DNA of 64,000 bases from an uncultured Actinomycetes bacterium (GCA_963709345.1 CAVPVX010000001.1:64001-128000), one strand, 5' to 3'. Positions 38,277 through 48,251 are shown, numbered from the stretch's first letter. Numbers and translations are program-made. Notes: generated from the sequence alone by a model not told the origin.

Positions 38277-39641
38277 CTAGTTCGTCAGGCTCTGGAGGGG
38301 CGCCGGGATGCGCCCGCCCCTGCGCACGAAGGCGCTGTTGCCGGCGGTGTTCACCCTCATGACCGGACCCTCTCCGAAGAGACCTCCCAGCGTCACCCAC
38401 TCGCCGACCGACTTGCCGGATGCGGGAATGAGACGAGCGCCCGTCGTCTTGGAGTTGATCATGCCGATGGCCATGACGTCGGCGATCAGGCCGGCGACGG
38501 AATCGCGAGAGATGTCGCCGGGCACGACGATCATGTCGAGACCCAGCGAGCACACCGCCGTCATCGCCTCGAGCTTCTCGATCGTCAGGTGACCGTCGGC
38601 GGCGGCCTTCGCCATCGCCGCGTCTTCGCTGACCGGGATGAAGGCGCCGGAGAGCCCGCCGGTCGACGACGTGGCCATGATGCCGCCCTTCTTGACGGCG
38701 TCGTTCAGCATCGCCAGCGCCGCCGTAGTGCCGGGCGCCCCCACGGCCTCCAGCCCCATGCTCTGGAGGATCTCGGCGATGGAGTCACCCACGGCGGGTG
38801 TCGGCGCCAGGGAGAGGTCGATGATCCCGAGCTCGGCGTCGAGCATCTCTGACGCCTCGCGGGCGATGAGCTCCCCGACTCTCGTGATCTTGAACGTCGT
38901 CCGCTTGATGAGGTCGGCCAGCTCGATGAACGACGCCTGCGGATGGCCGGCGACGACGTTGCGCACGACACCCGGACCGGAGATCGCGACGTTGATGCTG
39001 GCCTCGGCCTCGCCGCTGCCGTGCATGGCGCCGGCCATGAAGGGATTGTCCTCGGGGACGTTGCAGAAGACGACGATCTTGGCGCAGCCGATGGAGTCCT
39101 CGTCGGCGGTGCGCTTGCTGACCGCGAGCAGGACGTCGGCCATACGCAGGACGGCGTCCATGTTGATGCCGGCGCGCGTCGAGGCGACGTTGACGGAGGA
39201 GCACACGCGCCGGGTGCCGGCGATGGCGTCGGGGATCGCCTCGATGAGGGCGGCGTCGCCGCGCGTGAACCCCTTCTGCACCAGCGCGCTGAAGCCGCCG
39301 AGGAAGTCGATCCCGACCTCGTCGGCGGCGGCGTCGAGCGCGTGCGCGACCTCCAGGAAGGCGGCCGGGTCGTCGCCGCCGACGACGTCGGCGATCGGCG
39401 TGACCGACACGCGGCGGTTGACGATGGGCACGCCGTACTTCTCCTGCAGCTCCGCGGCGACCGCGACGAGACGCCCGGCGCGCTTCACGATCTTGGCGTG
39501 GATGCGCTGCGCCGCGCGGCGCGGATCGCGATCCGCGCAGTCGCTCAGGGAGATGCCCATCGTCACCGCGCGCACGTCGAGGTTCTCCGACCGGATCATG
39601 GCGACGGTCTCGAGGATCTCCTGGGCGGTGATGAAGACCAC
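38277..39641 (-). CDS. PFL-family protein (DUF711/UPF0210)
   Basis: ENLDVRAVTMGISL, RVSVTPI, GGFSALVQKG, NVPEDNPFMAGA, DLSLAP, GGLSGAFIPVSED, NSKTTGAR. Confidence 0.92.
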   Translation of the reverse strand: MVFITAQEILETVAMIRSENLDVRAVTMGISLSDCADRDPRRAAQRIHAKIVKRAGRLVAVAAELQEKYGVPIVNRRVSVTPIADVVGGDDPAAFLEVAHALDAAADEVGIDFLGGFSALVQKGFTRGDAALIEAIPDAIAGTRRVCSSVNVASTRAGINMDAVLRMADVLLAVSKRTADEDSIGCAKIVVFCNVPEDNPFMAGAMHGSGEAEASINVAISGPGVVRNVVAGHPQASFIELADLIKRTTFKITRVGELIAREASEMLDAELGIIDLSLAPTPAVGDSIAEILQSMGLEAVGAPGTTAALAMLNDAVKKGGIMATSSTGGLSGAFIPVSEDAAMAKAAADGHLTIEKLEAMTAVCSLGLDMIVVPGDISRDSVAGLIADVMAIGMINSKTTGARLIPASGKSVGEWVTLGGLFGEGPVMRVNTAGNSAFVRRGGRIPAPLQSLTN

Positions 39642-39700
39642 GGCTGCCTCCGTGAGGATGAGAGCGACCACCGGCGGGCCCGGCAAGGCCCTGCCGCCGG

Positions 39701-39976
39701 CTAGACCCGATGCATGAACTTGAAGATGTTCTCGTGCTGCACGTTGATCTGCAGCCCGATCTCGTCGCCGATCTTCTCGAGCGCTTCCTTGAGCTCGGCG
39801 ATCGTCGTCTCTCCCTGATCGAACGATACGAACATGATCATCGTGAACATGCCGTTGGCGACCGTCTGGCTGACGTCGTCGACGTTGGCGTTCTGCCGGG
39901 CGATGGTGGTCGCCACCTGCGCGAGCAGGCCGTGGTTGTCGGGGCCGAGCGCAGTGACGATGACCGTGGTCCGCAT
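39701..39976 (-). CDS. ACT domain protein (UPF0237-like)
   Basis: VIVTALGPD..G..A.V..DVSQT..FTMIM..QHENIFKFMHRV; usual partner of DUF711. Confidence 0.9.
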   Translation of the reverse strand: MRTTVIVTALGPDNHGLLAQVATTIARQNANVDDVSQTVANGMFTMIMFVSFDQGETTIAELKEALEKIGDEIGLQINVQHENIFKFMHRV

Positions 39977-40038
39977 GTGGACATCCCTCGGGGCGAGTGG
40001 GAGCGAGAAGACGGATAGTATACTGGACGCCGATTCCG

Positions 40039-40614
40039 ATGCCATCCGCCTCCGGCTCAACAGACGCCGTGCCGCCCCCTTCACCCGGCCGCCTCGACCG
40101 CCTCGACCGCGACCTTTCGCGCCGGGCGGCGATCGGCTGGCCGCACCCGCGGTGGTTCACGCTGCCTCTGAGCGGGTTGTCGCTCACCGCCAACTACGGG
40201 ATCCTGTGGTACGTCCTCGCTCTGCTGCCCTGGCTCGCCGGAGAGCCGCGGCCGGTCGCCAAGGCGCTCTACGTCGCCGTCCCGGTGACCCTGGTCGAGG
40301 TGAGCGGGTTTCTCATCAAGCACCTCGTGGCCCGGCCGCGGCCGCCGGTCGCCGACCCGAGCCAGCCGCGGCAGATACCGCTGCCGCTGAGCAAGTCGTT
40401 CCCGTCGTCACACGCGAGCATGGCCGTGGTGGGCACGCTCACCCTCGGTTTCCTCTACCCAGCGGCCGCCGCAGCGCTCGTCCTGTTGACGCTCGTCTTG
40501 TGCTTCAGCCGCGTGTACCTCGGCGTCCACTACCTCGGCGACGTCCTCGGAGGACTGCTCTACGGGCTGCTGTTCGGCGGCGCCTGGGTCCTCCTCGTCG
40601 CAGCGTCGGTCTGA
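40039..40614 (+). CDS. PAP2-family phosphatase
   Basis: K.LV.RPRP, SFPSSH, SRVYLGVHY..DV. Confidence 0.88.
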   Translation: MPSASGSTDAVPPPSPGRLDRLDRDLSRRAAIGWPHPRWFTLPLSGLSLTANYGILWYVLALLPWLAGEPRPVAKALYVAVPVTLVEVSGFLIKHLVARPRPPVADPSQPRQIPLPLSKSFPSSHASMAVVGTLTLGFLYPAAAAALVLLTLVLCFSRVYLGVHYLGDVLGGLLYGLLFGGAWVLLVAASV

Positions 40615-40615
40615 C

Positions 40616-41629
40616 GTGTCGGCGCTGGCCACACGCGGCGGGCAGCTCGCGGTCGCCGTCGCGGCGGTGCTCGTGCTCGCCATCGGCTTGGCGGCGGCCG
40701 GCGCCTTCGGGGGCTGCGAGCGCACCGCCACGAAGTCGGGGCGACCGTCGGCGGCCGTCTCTTCGTCACCGCACGGCGGGGTCGCCCATGCGACCGCCAA
40801 GGTCTTCGCGCGGCGGGTGAGCCCCCGGGTCGCCGGCACGTGGGGCGAGATCCGGGCGCGTGAGTTCATCATGGGCGCCATGCAGCAGTACGGGTACTTC
40901 CCCCAGACAATGGAGTTCATCGTCGGCGACGGCAAGAAGCGGGTCCACTCCGCCAACGTGGTCGCCGTCAAGGAGGGGGAGTCACCCCGGCGTCTCGTCG
41001 TCGGCGCCCACTACGACTCCGTCGCGGCAGGCGAGGGCTACAGCGACAACGCGACGAGCGTCGGCCTGCTTCTCGAGGTCGCCGCCCGCGTCAAGGGCCG
41101 GCCGACGCCGTACACGATCGTCTTCGTCGCCTTCGGCGCCGAGAAGCAGGGCCAATTCGGCGCGGAAGACTACTGGCGCCGCTCGACGGCCGTGGAGCGG
41201 CGCGCGACGATCGGCATGATCGACCTCGACGCCGTCGCCGGCGGCGACGAGCTGTCGGTCGCGAGCCGCGCCGGCAGCCCGGACTGGCTGCGCGACGTCG
41301 CCCTGACTGCCGCCGCCCAGCTCGACGTCCCCCTGGTCACCAGCCCGGCGGCGGCGGGCCGGCCGGCCGGCACGACGCTGGCGCCGGCCGACGATCTGCC
41401 GTTCGCCACGGAGGGGCGCGCGACGGCCGTCTTCAGCGCCGTGTCGTGGGAGAAGACGCAGGGGCGGCGCACGGCGGCGACCGCCGAAGGCCCACCGCTC
41501 TGGGACACCGGCCGGGACACGGTCGCCTACATCGAGGACACCTACCCGGGGAGAGTGAAGGCCCAGCTCGCCGACCTCTCGCTGCTCCTCGAGACCCTGC
41601 TCACCAGCGAACTGAAGAGGCGCCCGTGA
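40616..41629 (+). CDS. Secreted M28 peptidase-like protein
   Basis: Signal/lipoprotein-like N-terminus; SANVVA, VGAHYDS, DNATS, FGAEK, IDLD. Confidence 0.8.
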   Translation: MSALATRGGQLAVAVAAVLVLAIGLAAAGAFGGCERTATKSGRPSAAVSSSPHGGVAHATAKVFARRVSPRVAGTWGEIRAREFIMGAMQQYGYFPQTMEFIVGDGKKRVHSANVVAVKEGESPRRLVVGAHYDSVAAGEGYSDNATSVGLLLEVAARVKGRPTPYTIVFVAFGAEKQGQFGAEDYWRRSTAVERRATIGMIDLDAVAGGDELSVASRAGSPDWLRDVALTAAAQLDVPLVTSPAAAGRPAGTTLAPADDLPFATEGRATAVFSAVSWEKTQGRRTAATAEGPPLWDTGRDTVAYIEDTYPGRVKAQLADLSLLLETLLTSELKRRP

Positions 41630-42726
41630 AGCTCGGCATCGTCGGTCTGCCCAACGTCGGCAAGACCACTCTGTTCAACGCACTCACCCACGCGCAGGCG
41701 GCCGCGACCGCGTATGCGTTCACCTCCGCCGAGTCCAATCTGGGCGTCGTCGCCGTACCGGACCCTCGCCTCGACAAGCTGGACGAGGTCCTCGAGACGC
41801 CAAAGAAGGTCAACGCGACCATCGACGTCGTCGACATCGCCGGCCTGGCGGAGGGAGCGAGCCGCGGCGAGGGGCTCGGCAACCGCTTCCTCGCCGACAT
41901 CCGCGGCGTCGATGCCGTGGCGCACGTGGTCCGCGTATTCGCCAATGCCGAGGTCGCGCACGTGCGCGCATCGCTCGACCCGCGCGCCGACGTCGACCTC
42001 GTCGAGACCGAGCTCGTGCTGAGCGACGTGGAGCTCGTGGAGCGCCGCCTCGAGAAGACGCGCAAGGCGGCGCGCAGCGGCGACAAGGCGGCGAAGCACG
42101 AGCTCGAGGTCCTCGAGGCGCTGAACGCGGAACTGCTCGGCGGCAAGCTGGCGCGCGCCATCGAACGCGCTCCGGGAGACGAGGCTCTCTTCCGCGAGCT
42201 CGCCCTCGTGAGCGACCGCCCGGTGCTGTTCGTCCTGGACACCGACGACGATCAGAGCGCGGCCGGCGCGCTGGAGCAGCACGCGGAGTTCGTGGAGTGG
42301 GCGCGCGGAAGGGGCGACCAGGTGGTCGCCGTCGCCGCGCGCCTCGAAGCCGAGCTCGCCGACCTCGACCCGGCGGACGCGGCCGAGTTCCGCGCCGAGC
42401 TCGGCGCCGACGAGGCCGGCACGCTCGACGTCGTTCTCCGCGCCTGCTACGAGGTACTCGGCTACATCACCTTCTTCACCGGCGACTACCGCAGCAGTGA
42501 GTCGCGCGCCTGGCAGCTTCCGCGTGGCTGGACCGCCAAGCAGGCCGCGGGCCGCATCCACAGCGACATCGAGCACGGGTTCGTGCGCGCCCAGGTGGTC
42601 AACATCGACGACCTCATCGAGCTGAAGTCGTTCCACGCCGCGCGCGAGAAGGCGCTGCTGCGCACCGAGGGCAAGGAGTACGTCGTCCAGGACGGCGACG
42701 TGATCAACTTCATGCACACGGGCTGA
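41626..42726 (+). CDS. ychF: Redox-regulated ATPase YchF
   Basis: GIVGLPNVGKTTLFNALT, DIAGL..GAS.GEGLGN.FL, ITFFT, AG.IHSD, EGKEYVVQDGD. Confidence 0.96.
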   Translation: MKLGIVGLPNVGKTTLFNALTHAQAAATAYAFTSAESNLGVVAVPDPRLDKLDEVLETPKKVNATIDVVDIAGLAEGASRGEGLGNRFLADIRGVDAVAHVVRVFANAEVAHVRASLDPRADVDLVETELVLSDVELVERRLEKTRKAARSGDKAAKHELEVLEALNAELLGGKLARAIERAPGDEALFRELALVSDRPVLFVLDTDDDQSAAGALEQHAEFVEWARGRGDQVVAVAARLEAELADLDPADAAEFRAELGADEAGTLDVVLRACYEVLGYITFFTGDYRSSESRAWQLPRGWTAKQAAGRIHSDIEHGFVRAQVVNIDDLIELKSFHAAREKALLRTEGKEYVVQDGDVINFMHTG

Positions 42727-42768
42727 GCGACGCCCACGCCGCGGCGGGTGAAGCCGGAGCCCGCGCCC

Positions 42769-43185
42769 CTACTCCAGCCACGCGAGGATCTCGACGTCGC
42801 CGGCCGTGGCCTGTACCGGATACGACTCGGCCACGCCCCCGGTGAACCACACCGCGACGCGCTGACCCTCGGCGAGGTCCGCCCCGGTAGCTGCCGTCCT
42901 GCCCTCACCCGCCGAGGCCCAGACGGCCGTCTCCGGGGTGACCCGAACCGAGGCGCGGTCGTAGGAGGTCGTGACGCCCGGGTCGGCGACGACGAGCAGA
43001 ACGACGCTGCCGGCATCGCCGCCGGGAGTGAGGTCGCGGACGACGCCGATGATGTCGGCCGCGCCAGAAGGAGGCGTTGCCGGCGGCGGAGAGGCGGTCC
43101 CACCGCAACCGGCGAGGGCGGCGGCGGCCGGCAGCGCCACGAGTACGGCCAAGGCCGCGAGCACCGCCCCTTGTGCGTGTCTCAT
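42769..43185 (-). CDS. Lipoprotein (DUF3221/YobA-like OB fold)
   Basis: Lipobox LAG-C; L.EGQRV.VWFTG.VAESYPVQATA. Confidence 0.75.
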   Translation of the reverse strand: MRHAQGAVLAALAVLVALPAAAALAGCGGTASPPPATPPSGAADIIGVVRDLTPGGDAGSVVLLVVADPGVTTSYDRASVRVTPETAVWASAGEGRTAATGADLAEGQRVAVWFTGGVAESYPVQATAGDVEILAWLE

Positions 43186-43347
43186 CGATGCTCCTCTCGC
43201 AGGCGCCGGCGGCGCCTGCCGCCGCCCGTAGCCGGAGACGCGCCACAGTCCCGCCTGGTTCGCGTGGCGGCGCGGTAGACTTGCGCTCCACCGTCCGGCC
43301 CGAGAGCCGGCCGGAGACCGATCGTGCTGCATCACGGAGCGTGCCAC

Positions 43348-44319
43348 ATGACGGACATCGATCAGCCTCTCTCGCTTCCCGCCGGCTACCGCCTGCGCCG
43401 GCCGCACGCCGCGGATGCCGCGGCAGTGGCCGGCATCCGCCGCGCCGTGGACGTCGCTCGCCACGGCGACAGCGACGTCACTGTCGAGGAGGTGCACGAG
43501 GAGTGGGCGCTGCCCAGGCTCAGCATGGACGACGACCTTTGGCTCATCGAGGACGAGAGCGGGGCTCCCGCCGCCTACGGCTTCTGCTGGACGGAGAACC
43601 CGCCGCGCGAGGTGGTCGCGGATCAGACGGTCCATCCGGAGCGCCGCGGCCTCGGGCTCAGCGAAGCGCTGCTCAGCCTCGAAGAGACGCGCGCCGCCGA
43701 GCTTGCCCGCACGGCTCCGGATCGACGCGTCGCGCTCGGCGTGTGGACACACGAGGGCGATGTCGCGCGCATCGCCCTGTTCGCGCAGCACGGCTTCCGA
43801 AAGGTGCGCTCGTTCATGCGCCTCGATCGCGACCTCTCGCAGCCGCTCGAAACGCCGGTGTGGCCGCCGGAGATCACGGTTCGCGGCTTTCGCCGGGACC
43901 GCGACGAAGGGGTCGTCCACGCCGCCGGCGAGGAGGCCTTCCTCGACCACTTTCGCCCGACGGCGATGAGCCTCGAGGAGTGGCTCGAGTACCGGTTCGC
44001 CAGAGCCGACTTCGACCCCGGCCTCTGGTTCGTCGCCTGGGAGGGCGACGAGGTGGCCGGCGCCGTCCTGGCGCTTGAGACACCGCTCGGCGGCTACATC
44101 GACGAGCTCTTCGTGCGGCGCCCGTGGCGCGGCCGCGGCCTGGGGCGGGCGCTGTTGCTCCACGAGTGCGCCGAACTGCGGCGCCGAGGCCTGCCGCTCG
44201 CCTACCTGGGCGTGGACGCAGACAACCCGACCGGCGCCATGCACCTCTACCGCTCCGCCGGCCTCGAGTCGAAGCGCGGCGCCACCCACTTCTTCGAGAA
44301 GGAGGTCCCGGCGAGCTGA
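43348..44319 (+). CDS. Tandem GNAT acetyltransferase (MshD-like architecture)
   Basis: VHPERRGLGL and VRRPWRGRGLGRALL; LGVDADNPTGAMHLYRSAG. Confidence 0.88.
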   Translation: MTDIDQPLSLPAGYRLRRPHAADAAAVAGIRRAVDVARHGDSDVTVEEVHEEWALPRLSMDDDLWLIEDESGAPAAYGFCWTENPPREVVADQTVHPERRGLGLSEALLSLEETRAAELARTAPDRRVALGVWTHEGDVARIALFAQHGFRKVRSFMRLDRDLSQPLETPVWPPEITVRGFRRDRDEGVVHAAGEEAFLDHFRPTAMSLEEWLEYRFARADFDPGLWFVAWEGDEVAGAVLALETPLGGYIDELFVRRPWRGRGLGRALLLHECAELRRRGLPLAYLGVDADNPTGAMHLYRSAGLESKRGATHFFEKEVPAS

Positions 44320-44618
44320 GGGGGCCGGCGCAGACGCGTCGCCACGAGCATCAGCGTCGCGCCGGAGAGCACGCCGAAGCCGCCGATCGCCCACGCCAGA
44401 CGCACGGCCTCGGACTCGGGAAGGGCGACCAGAGCAATCCCGACGACGAGCGAGAGACCGCCGGCGAGGAGCAGGGACGTCTCTCCCGAGGCAAGCCGTC
44501 GGAGCCGCACACCAGCCTCCACCTCCACCACGCCGGTCACGACCGCCCACGCGGCGATGAGGGCGAGGCCGGATTCGCCCGCGGCCCGGCCCTGTTGACT
44601 CCGCTCCCGCCCCGGCAT
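44320..44618 (-). pseudogene. HdeD/DUF308-like membrane protein fragment
   Basis: LIAAWAVVTGVVE..A..LRR..LLLAGGLSLVVG..P..LAWAIG matches only the C-terminal half of the family; the frame runs into the convergent gene. Confidence 0.5.
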
Positions 44619-44934
44619 CTAATGGGCAGCACGCGCACGCTGTGCGAGTCGCTTGGGGGAGCAGTCCGTGGGGGACAGGTTCGGCACCGCAGTCACCGGC
44701 CGGAAGCACGCTGCCAACGCGCTCCATCGCGCCCAGGCGTCGGCGGCGCACAGCCTCTTCTCGCGGGTCCACTCAAGCCGCTACTTCGGCGGCATGTGGT
44801 TCAAGCTCTTCACCGAGCGCGGCCCCTGCTGAGACCCTTCGCACGCCCGGCCGCCGGAGACGCGCGCGTCAGCGCGCACTGCCGGCGACGACACGCATCC
44901 CCACCACAGGAGGATCGTTGCGAAGGGACTACCG

Positions 44935-46344
44935 TTGTATAGCGCCACGCTGAGCGTCTGGGACGACGACGCCTGCAGGCGTGTCCATGAAGCATCTCTG
45001 AAGCTCCTCGCGGGCGCCGGCGTGGAGATGAAGCACGAGCACGCACGCGAGCTGTGCGCCGCCGCCGGCGCCTCCGTGGAAGGAGAGCGCGTGCGCCTGC
45101 CGGCGGCGCTCGTCGACACCGCGCTCGCGAGCGCCCCACGGACGTGGGAACTGCGCTCGCGCGGCGGCGAAACACCGCCGCTCGAACTGCGCGACGGCCT
45201 CAGTCACTACGGCAGCGGGCCCGACTGCCTCTACGTCTCGGACCCGGACACCCGCGAGCGGCGACGCGCCCGCCTCGCCGACATTGAACGCGCCGCCGTC
45301 GTCGCCGACCACCTGCCCAACATCGACTTCGTGATGAGCATGGGCCTGCCGGACGACGTCGAGAACGACATCGTCGACGTGCGGCAGTTCGCGGCGATGC
45401 TGCGCGGCACGCGCAAGCCGATCGTCGTCTCGAGCCCGTTTGGCGGCGCGTCACTCTACGCGATGCACGATATGGCGGAGGCGTGCGGCGAGAAGGCGAG
45501 CCTCGCCTGCCTCACCATGAGCTCGCCGCCCCTCATGCTCGACGACGTCGCCTGCAGCAAGACGCTCGCCTGCGCGGACCTCGAGGTGCCGCTGGTGCTG
45601 GCCGCTTCGGTCTCGGCCGGCTCGCAAGGCCCGGCGTCGCTCTCCGCCTGCGTCGCCGTCGCCAACGCCGAGATACTCGCCGGCCTCGTCCTGCACCAGC
45701 TGGCGCGGCCGGGCTCCCCGTTCGTCTTCGGCGCCGGCACCGGCGTCATGAACATGCAGTCCTTCGTCGACGTCTACAACGCCCCCGGCATCTTTCTCGC
45801 CAACCAGGCGCACCTCGACTTGATCCGCCGGTACGGCCTGCCAAGCTGGTCGTACGCGGGGCACTCGGACAGCAAGCTGCTCGATGAACAATGGTCGCTC
45901 GAGCTCGGCGTCGCGACCATCCTGGGAGCGCTCTCGCGCGCGACGCTGCTCCACGACCTGGGCTACCTCGAGAGCGGGCTGCAGAGCGCACTCGAGGGCC
46001 TCGTGCTCGGGGATGAGATGGCCGGGTACGCGCGCGCCCTGCTCGAGGAGGTGCCGGTGGACGACGAGTCGCTCGCCCTCCTGGAGGTCGAGGCGGTCGG
46101 GCCCGGCGGCAACCACCTCGGCACGCGTATGACACGCTCGCACCACCGACGCTTCTGGCGGCCGGCCCTCCTCGACCAGAACACGCACGAGCGCTGGCTC
46201 GCGCACGACGGAGGCACCCTGCTCGAGCGCGTGCGCTGCCGGCTCGGCGAGATCCTTGCCGAAGGGCCGGCGTTCACGCTCGACTGCGAGGCCGCCGGCG
46301 CCATCGACAGACTCGCCACCACCCCGCCGGCAGGCAGGCCGTGA
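44935..46344 (+). CDS. MttB superfamily (trimethylamine/quaternary amine) corrinoid methyltransferase, non-pyrrolysine
   Basis: RVHEASL.LL..GV, V..ALASAP, SSPPL, NAEILAGLVL.QL.RPG.P, SDSKLLD.Q, HDLGYLESG, VGPGG.HL; no in-frame amber. Confidence 0.9.
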   Translation: MYSATLSVWDDDACRRVHEASLKLLAGAGVEMKHEHARELCAAAGASVEGERVRLPAALVDTALASAPRTWELRSRGGETPPLELRDGLSHYGSGPDCLYVSDPDTRERRRARLADIERAAVVADHLPNIDFVMSMGLPDDVENDIVDVRQFAAMLRGTRKPIVVSSPFGGASLYAMHDMAEACGEKASLACLTMSSPPLMLDDVACSKTLACADLEVPLVLAASVSAGSQGPASLSACVAVANAEILAGLVLHQLARPGSPFVFGAGTGVMNMQSFVDVYNAPGIFLANQAHLDLIRRYGLPSWSYAGHSDSKLLDEQWSLELGVATILGALSRATLLHDLGYLESGLQSALEGLVLGDEMAGYARALLEEVPVDDESLALLEVEAVGPGGNHLGTRMTRSHHRRFWRPALLDQNTHERWLAHDGGTLLERVRCRLGEILAEGPAFTLDCEAAGAIDRLATTPPAGRP

Positions 46345-46388
46345 GCCTGCGGCGGACACCCGGATCAGCATCAGCGAAAGGAACCCGC

Positions 46389-48251
46389 ATGGCCGATCAC
46401 CGTGAGGCGCGTCGCGGACTATCCGCGAAGCCCCTCTTCACCATCCTCCTTGCGGCGTTGGCGACGCTGGCGCTGTGCGGGACCGTCCTCGCCGACTCGA
46501 GCCCGTCGCCGGCCACCGGCGACGCTCAGGCGGGCGACGCGACCTCCCTCCACATCGGCTGGGTCCAGGAGCCGGACAACCTCAACCCCTTCATCGGCAT
46601 CCAGGGCACCGACTACATGCTCTGGCACATGAACTACGACTTCCTCGTCGGCTTCGACCCCGAGACGCTGGAGCCGCGGCCGGAGCTGGCCACGGCATGG
46701 GAGGTCTCGGACGACGGCCTCGTGTGGACGTTCACCATCCGCGACGACGCGACGTGGCACGACGGCGTCCCCGTGACCGCGAAGGACGTCGCCTTCACCT
46801 TCAACTACATCAACGAGAACCAGCTGCTGAACATGGCGGCGTACACCGACGGCATCACCAAAGCGGTGGCGGTGGACGACACGACGGTCGAGATCACGAC
46901 GAGCGCTCCCAAGGCGAACATGCTCCGCATGGTCGTCCCCATGCTCCCTGAGCACATCTGGAGCAAGGTGAGCGGCAAGGCGGCGACGAGCTCGTACCAG
47001 AACAAGCCGCCGATCGTCGGCAACGGGCCCTTCCAGATCGTCGAGTGGCAGAAGGGCAGGTTCGTCCGCCTCGAGGCGAACCCTGACTACTGGGGCGGCG
47101 CACCCAAGGTCGACGAGGTCATCTTCCAGCTCTACACCAACCCAGACACGATGGCGCAAGACCTCAAGCTGGGCACCATCGACGGCGCCATCAACGTGCC
47201 GGCAGCGCAGTTCACGCAGCTGGGCGGCATCGAGGGCATCGCGGCCAACAACGCCACCTCCTGGCAGTTCACCGAGATCGGCATGAACTGCTACGACAGC
47301 CCCGACTCGCTCGGCAACCCCGTCCTCCTCGACCCCGAGTTCCGCAAGGCGATCAACTGGGCGGTCGACCGCGACAAGGTCGTCTCCGTGGCGATGAACG
47401 GCTATGCGACGACCGGCTCGACGCTCATCGTCCCGTACTCGAAGTACCACTGGGAGCCGCCGGCGGAGAGCCTGTTCACCTACGACCCCGCCAAGGCGAG
47501 CGAGCTTCTCGACGCCGCCGGCTACGAAGACACCGACGGCGACGGCTTCCGCGAGACCAAGGACGGCGAGAAGCTGAGCCTGCGCTTCTACGCCACGTCG
47601 GACGCGCCCGAGAACCAGACCGCGGGCAAGCTCATCGTCGGCTGGCTCAACGAAATCGGCATCAAGATCGAGTACCAGGTGCTCGACGCGGGCGCGCTCA
47701 TCGACGCCCAGTACAACTACAAGGGCGATACGTACGCGCCGGACTGGGACCTCTTCATCTGGTACTGGACCCAGGACGTCGACCCGCAGTTCATGCTCGG
47801 GATCTACACGCCGCAGCAGATCGAGGGGTGGAACGACTGCCTCTGGACCGACCCGGAGTACACGGATCTGAACACGCAGCAGTCGCAGACGATCGACGAG
47901 GCGGCGCGCAAGCCGATCATCGAGAGGATGCAGCAGATCTTCTACGAGTCGGCGCCCTACGCGATCCTCGCCTACCCGTTCCAGCTGGAGGCGTACGACA
48001 CGGCGCGGTGGCAGGGCTGGGTGCACGTGCCCGGCAACGCCACCGGTGAGCAGCAGGGCGCCGTGCTCTACAGCTACAACAACATCGACACGTACCGGTT
48101 CGTGGAGCCGGCGGCGAAGACCGCCGCCGCAATCGAGAGCTCGAACATCACGGTGATCGTCATCATCATCGCCGTCGTCGCGACGCTGGTCATGGTCATC
48201 ATCGGCATCGTCCTGCGGGTCAATCGCCGGCGTTCCGAGACCGAGGCGTGA
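46389..48251 (+). CDS. ABC solute-binding protein family 5 (OppA/DppA-like) with C-terminal TM anchor
   Basis: PELATAWEVSDDGLVWTFTIR..WHDG.PVTA.DV.FT, GNGPF, LEANPDYWG, FRKAI..AVDR; C-terminal hydrophobic helix followed by RRR. Confidence 0.92.
   Translation: MADHREARRGLSAKPLFTILLAALATLALCGTVLADSSPSPATGDAQAGDATSLHIGWVQEPDNLNPFIGIQGTDYMLWHMNYDFLVGFDPETLEPRPELATAWEVSDDGLVWTFTIRDDATWHDGVPVTAKDVAFTFNYINENQLLNMAAYTDGITKAVAVDDTTVEITTSAPKANMLRMVVPMLPEHIWSKVSGKAATSSYQNKPPIVGNGPFQIVEWQKGRFVRLEANPDYWGGAPKVDEVIFQLYTNPDTMAQDLKLGTIDGAINVPAAQFTQLGGIEGIAANNATSWQFTEIGMNCYDSPDSLGNPVLLDPEFRKAINWAVDRDKVVSVAMNGYATTGSTLIVPYSKYHWEPPAESLFTYDPAKASELLDAAGYEDTDGDGFRETKDGEKLSLRFYATSDAPENQTAGKLIVGWLNEIGIKIEYQVLDAGALIDAQYNYKGDTYAPDWDLFIWYWTQDVDPQFMLGIYTPQQIEGWNDCLWTDPEYTDLNTQQSQTIDEAARKPIIERMQQIFYESAPYAILAYPFQLEAYDTARWQGWVHVPGNATGEQQGAVLYSYNNIDTYRFVEPAAKTAAAIESSNITVIVIIIAVVATLVMVIIGIVLRVNRRRSETEA

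Noticed and set aside
44820-44930. TPP riboswitch suggested by GCTGAGA..CCC upstream of mttB
   Set aside because: The downstream ACCTGA..TAAT..GCG..GG core is absent
44935-46344. Pyrrolysine-containing MttB
   Set aside because: No in-frame TAG, and no pyl genes in the window
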